DNA of 62,851 nucleotides, filler included. It is 10 parts of 10 records of this genome, joined end to end, with 100 filler letters (N's around TTAATTAATTAA, not from the genome) between each part and the next. Parts side by side here need not be neighbours in the genome. Positions count along the whole stretch, not along the records: positions 57,783 to 62,851 come from SRR31156797_127962; 9 more parts are not named here. One strand, given 5' to 3'. A model generated the notes under the pieces. That model saw nothing but the letters and a program-made list of their open reading frames with translations. It was not told the DNA's origin and did no database searches. Below, in pieces: positions 58,930 through 62,851 of the stretch (its first letter is position 1; the number at the start of each line of letters is the position of its first letter). The position numbers and the translations under genes are program-made.

Positions 58930-60741
58930 ATGAGAAAAACTACCTTGTTCATTATGATGATGATTGCGGCCCTTGCCGCAGTCCCCCTCTTTGCCCTGGA
59001 TTTTTCCCCCCTGGATAAGTACATCCAAACCACTATGGAAGAGAACAATATCCCCGGGGCCGTAGTTTCCGTTGTTTACCGGGGAGAGACAACTCTCCTT
59101 AAGGCTTACGGAACCACGGACGTTGAAACCGGTGAGGCTGTCGCCCCGGAGACAAGCCGGTTCCGCATCGGTTCGGTCACCAAACTCTTTACCTATACAT
59201 CCCTTATGCAACTGGCCGATCAGGGTCTTATCAACCTCGATTCCCCGGTAGAAGATTATATAGATTTTGAACTCCCCAATAAGTACGGCCGGAAGATTAT
59301 TGTAGCAGACCTCTTTAACCATACCGCCGGATTCGAAGAGGTTGTGTATAACATTCAGGAACGGAACCCCGAGGACGTGGAAGATCTTGAAAGCTGGGTG
59401 AAGGAGAATATCCCCAGCCAGGTTAAGGACCCGGGAAGTTATGTTGTCTACTCCAACTACGGGGTGACACTCATGGGTTATATAATAGAAACACTTAGCG
59501 GTTTGACCTATGCCGATTATGTAAGAGAGAACATCCTTGTCCCCCTAAAGATGGAAAACACCACCATTACCGCCGTCGAAAGTCTTGCGACTCCAGGCCT
59601 TACCGGCTGTTATGATATTGTAAATGGAACACCCGTGACGGCGGAAACAGGCTATTGGAATGTAGGCCCTGCCGGTTCGATTACCTCTACCGGTAAAGAC
59701 ATGGCTGCCTTCATGCAGGCCCACCTTGGAAAGAGTGGTGATGAGGGCGTAAAACTCATGGAGCAGATCACCCTGGAGAGGATGCACCAGACCTCCTTCT
59801 CTTCATGGCCGGAATTCTGCGGTATGGCCAATGGTTTCATAGAAGGCACCTACAAGGGATATGACTATATCTGGCACGGCGGCTCAACCGTCTACAACCT
59901 ATCCAACCTGCTCCTCTTTCCCGATCTCGAACTCGGTGTATTCATATCGACAAACTCCAATACCGGGGGAACACTGACAGGAAACATTGGAGCAAAGATA
60001 GTTGAGTTGCTCCTGCCGGAACGGGAGTATGAAGTACCGGAAGAGTGGACGGGAAGTGTCGATTTCAGCCGCTTTGCGGGAGTCTATCACCTGAACAGGA
60101 GTAACTATACCACCTCCGAAAAACTTACCCGGCTGCAAGGCTCCTCCATTGTGTATGGCAATGAGGATCACCTTCTCCTCGCCGGCACCTATAAGTTTAC
60201 CCCGGTGGGTCCCCTCCTCTTCCACAATGCCGAAACCGGCTTGCGTATCCTCTTCGAGGAGGATGAAAAAGGAAGGATCACCGGATACCTCACCAGCGAC
60301 GCCCCCATCTTCTCCCATGAAAAACAGTTGGGGCTGAACAATGTTTTTTTCCACATAGGCCTCTTTCTGATAATTATCCTCTTCTGCCTTATTTCAGGTT
60401 TAATACGGCTTATCAAGATAATACTGAAGAGGCGTACCGTTGATATAACCTTCATTCTAAAAATAATGATTACACTTTCGGGTGTCGGAATCACCACAGC
60501 CTTCTTTACCACAACATTGAACAACATCATGTTCGCTGAGGTTGGCTTTATTTCGGCAGCCCTCTGGTTTTCACCCCTGGTGGCTGCCGCGGCGGCACTG
60601 ACCCTTTTCGCCCTTATCCGCAGACTCGTGGGTAAACAGGATGGAGACAGGGTAAGGATAGACGACTGGTTAACAGGGACAAGCGGCCTCCTTTATACGG
60701 CTTTCCTTATTTACTGGAATGCCATCATCCCCATATTCTAA
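58930..60741 (+). CDS. Serine hydrolase (class C beta-lactamase/PBP-like) with C-terminal TM helices
   Basis: Signal peptide, GSVTK (SxxK), NHTAG, YSNYG and HGG motifs; about 4 C-terminal hydrophobic helices. Confidence 0.9.
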   Translation: MRKTTLFIMMMIAALAAVPLFALDFSPLDKYIQTTMEENNIPGAVVSVVYRGETTLLKAYGTTDVETGEAVAPETSRFRIGSVTKLFTYTSLMQLADQGLINLDSPVEDYIDFELPNKYGRKIIVADLFNHTAGFEEVVYNIQERNPEDVEDLESWVKENIPSQVKDPGSYVVYSNYGVTLMGYIIETLSGLTYADYVRENILVPLKMENTTITAVESLATPGLTGCYDIVNGTPVTAETGYWNVGPAGSITSTGKDMAAFMQAHLGKSGDEGVKLMEQITLERMHQTSFSSWPEFCGMANGFIEGTYKGYDYIWHGGSTVYNLSNLLLFPDLELGVFISTNSNTGGTLTGNIGAKIVELLLPEREYEVPEEWTGSVDFSRFAGVYHLNRSNYTTSEKLTRLQGSSIVYGNEDHLLLAGTYKFTPVGPLLFHNAETGLRILFEEDEKGRITGYLTSDAPIFSHEKQLGLNNVFFHIGLFLIIILFCLISGLIRLIKIILKRRTVDITFILKIMITLSGVGITTAFFTTTLNNIMFAEVGFISAALWFSPLVAAAAALTLFALIRRLVGKQDGDRVRIDDWLTGTSGLLYTAFLIYWNAIIPIF

Positions 60742-60753
60742 AGGAGGAACAGA

Positions 60754-61584
60754 ATGAAGTTCGATTTCAACTATGCGATACCGAAAACCCTGACAGCTTC
60801 AGTGCTCATACTGGCCGCGGTCACAGCATTGATATCCATTATCCGGCCGGAGATATACCTCCCCTTCACCGCAGCCGATTACATAGCCGAATCCACCGGC
60901 CAGGATATCTTCACCCTAATCCTCTCCATAGGACTCCTTTCCGCTCTTTTTACAAGGAAGGCATTTTCCAGCCGGTTTATGCTGATAAGCATAGGCTGCC
61001 ATTGGTACCTCTTTTACGCCTACTCCATCTATGCCTACGGCGGCGTTTACACACCCCTCTTCTTTTTCTACCCGGCCATAATGAAACTGAGCCTTGTCTC
61101 ATCCCTTCTTTTGGGAGGAACGATCTACCGGGAAATAATACTGAACGGCTTTCCCGAAGGTGAAAGCGGCGGGACGAAAAGGAACCTGCCGGCCCGATTA
61201 ATTTCGGCCCGATTAGTATCGGCCCTCTTCCTCATGGCCGCCGCCCTGCTCATCTGGGGAATCTGGTGCTCATCGATCATGGAACATATATCCGCAGGAA
61301 CCAAAGCAAGGGAGACTGTGATTTATGTGAACGACCTATCCATCGTTCTGCCGGTCTTCCTGTTGTCGGGAATCCTCCTGCTAACAAAACAGAAGGCGGG
61401 GATTTTCTTCGGGACAATCTGTCTTGTTAAAGCCGTGACTATCGGAGGCTCGATCATGGCGGGTCAGGCGGTGAAGGGGGTTCAGGGAATGGAACTCGAT
61501 ATATTTCTTGCCACCTTTTTCGCCATTTTCACCCTGACCGCGGCGGGCGCTTCTATCAGTCTATTAAAATGGAGAACGATATGA
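60754..61584 (+). CDS. Hypothetical multi-pass membrane protein
   Basis: About 8 hydrophobic segments; GQDIFTL, YLFYAYSIY and DLSIVLP; AAGGAGG RBS. Confidence 0.8.
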   Translation: MKFDFNYAIPKTLTASVLILAAVTALISIIRPEIYLPFTAADYIAESTGQDIFTLILSIGLLSALFTRKAFSSRFMLISIGCHWYLFYAYSIYAYGGVYTPLFFFYPAIMKLSLVSSLLLGGTIYREIILNGFPEGESGGTKRNLPARLISARLVSALFLMAAALLIWGIWCSSIMEHISAGTKARETVIYVNDLSIVLPVFLLSGILLLTKQKAGIFFGTICLVKAVTIGGSIMAGQAVKGVQGMELDIFLATFFAIFTLTAAGASISLLKWRTI

Positions 61585-62851
61585 AAAGAAACAGAGTTTT
61601 TTACACGGCAATACTAATATTGGCGGCAGCCCTTTTTACCTCCTGTGCCGGCTATGTAAATTATTCCAAGCAAAGCTGGCCCGAAGCATTCGAGGAACTG
61701 CATGAGGATATGAGCCTGCGCTACCCCTTCTACGAATGGAAGGAGCTGAACTTAGACGATGAGGCGGAGAGGATTGCCCGGGAAATTGAAAAAGCCGGGG
61801 AAGAGGGAGATCGGGATGAGTACTACAGGTTGATGCGTGATTATGTCTTTAACTATTCCGATGGCCATGTCTTTATAATCTCCAAAGAAATTGAAGGGAT
61901 CGAAACGCAGACTGAGGGAAGTTTCGGTTTGGGCATATTAAAGCTGGATAACGGGAAATACATTATTCACTACCTGGCAGAAGATGGTTCCGCCCGGAAG
62001 GCTGGCATGGGCTGGGGAGACGAGGTCGTAAACTGGAATGGAAAAAGTATTGATGAAGCCCTCGCCAATATACCGATTATTCACGCGGAAGGACCCTCAG
62101 CCACTAAGGAAACGGAATGGCTTGCCCGTTGTGCTCTCCTTGTCCGGGCTCCCTTAAGCGAACAGGCAGAGGTTGGATTTGTAAGTTCCGGCAGTGATGA
62201 TTCTGAAGCGCCCGCCATTGCCCGCCTTACCGCCCGGCAGGACGGCGGTGAAGATAAGGAACATGGACGGATTCCCCTCAACTTTCCGGGAGAGCCCTTC
62301 GGTACACCCGTCGAATCAAAAAAGCTTCCCGGAGGAGCGGGGCTTATAAGGATCAAAAGATTCATGCCGACTTTAAAATGTTTTAATGTTTACGCAGCCT
62401 TTAAGACGCACCTAAGCCGACTTATGCAGGAAGGAGTAACCGATCTAATTATCGACCTTCGTGGAAACGGCGGAGGATTGGACGCCCTGGTTCCCAGGAT
62501 GGCCGGGCACTTCCTGACCGAAGAGAACTTCTATGAGTCTATCTCCTACTACGATGATGATACAGGAAGTTTTAAAATTGTAGAGGAAGAGACATTGCGG
62601 ATAGAGCCGGAGGAACCCCATTTTGAGGGTCGGATAATCCTCCTGGTGGACACGGGCACTTTGAGTACTGCAGAAGGCCTGCCAATGGTTATGCAGAAAA
62701 CAGGCCGAGGTGTCGTCATGGGCCAGTACGGCACAGGCGGATCCTTCGGCTGCGGAATATCAAAAATCTATAAGCTGCCTGAAGGAGTCTATGCCGGCTT
62801 CAGTCCCGGCCGCTCCCTGGATGCGGAAGGAAGGATACAGGTTGATTCTGA
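61581..62851 (+). CDS. S41 family (tail-specific/tricorn-like) peptidase lipoprotein with PDZ-like domain, 3' truncated
   Basis: Not in the ORF track because it runs off the window end. ATGA overlap at 61581; MKRNRVF...LFTSC lipobox, YPFYEWK, DGHV, GFG-like GSFGL, IIDLRGNGGG, TLSTAE and GQYGTGGSFG. Confidence 0.88.
   Translation, partial: MKRNRVFYTAILILAAALFTSCAGYVNYSKQSWPEAFEELHEDMSLRYPFYEWKELNLDDEAERIAREIEKAGEEGDRDEYYRLMRDYVFNYSDGHVFIISKEIEGIETQTEGSFGLGILKLDNGKYIIHYLAEDGSARKAGMGWGDEVVNWNGKSIDEALANIPIIHAEGPSATKETEWLARCALLVRAPLSEQAEVGFVSSGSDDSEAPAIARLTARQDGGEDKEHGRIPLNFPGEPFGTPVESKKLPGGAGLIRIKRFMPTLKCFNVYAAFKTHLSRLMQEGVTDLIIDLRGNGGGLDALVPRMAGHFLTEENFYESISYYDDDTGSFKIVEEETLRIEPEEPHFEGRIILLVDTGTLSTAEGLPMVMQKTGRGVVMGQYGTGGSFGCGISKIYKLPEGVYAGFSPGRSLDAEGRIQVDS

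Overview
This window is not one locus. It is ten unrelated contig fragments of about 5-9 kb, joined by 100-nt N spacers that each carry a TTAATTAATTAA all-frame stop linker, as in a concatenated metagenome or multi-organism assembly. Taxonomic labels below are inferred from gene content and composition by eye. (1) 1-6490: clostridial-type Mo-nitrogenase genes nifD (partial), nifK, nifE and a fused nifN-nifB. (2) 6591-13981: alphaproteobacterial-like; TAXI-TRAP permease end, atypical RpiB plus a sugar epimerase, TRAP solute-binding protein, a hypothetical protein, usg, class III aminotransferase, HCCA isomerase/DsbA and pdxA. (3) 14082-20371: firmicute-like; sugar ABC permease, PucR regulator, MFS transporter, two URO-D/MtaA-like methyltransferases and a GPH transporter. 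(4) 20472-25912: deltaproteobacterial-like; uvrB, rlmB, an apparently truncated Fe-S protein and livHMGF. (5) 26013-31331: low GC; C25 (gingipain-like) lipoprotein, purL, purQ. (6) 31432-36572: dmhA-like dehydratase, hddA, DUF2723 glycosyltransferase, REC-GAF-HD-GYP protein and the tsaD end. (7) 36673-43149: alphaproteobacterial-like; polyamine-type solute-binding protein, TIGR04282/04283 transferases, DUF2141, a PA0069-type radical SAM gene with a LexA box, and a stand-alone Cache-like protein plus MCP. (8) 43250-52516: parC, bioY, dctMQ, arginyltransferase, motBA, flavin reductase, hemB, metY. (9) 52617-57682: dctPQM, PaaK-like CoA ligase and a xanthine dehydrogenase-family Mo enzyme. (10) 57783-62851: histidine kinase, membrane-anchored serine hydrolase, a membrane protein and an S41 peptidase lipoprotein. 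I saw no rRNA, tRNA, CRISPR array or intact transposase. No clearly novel system can be established from sequence alone. The best candidates for follow-up are the PucR/MFS/double-methyltransferase cluster, the free Cache-like protein paired with an MCP, the atypical RpiB/epimerase pair with a hairpin-rich upstream region, the TRAP/CoA-ligase/Mo-enzyme catabolic unit and the two-hydrolase envelope module.
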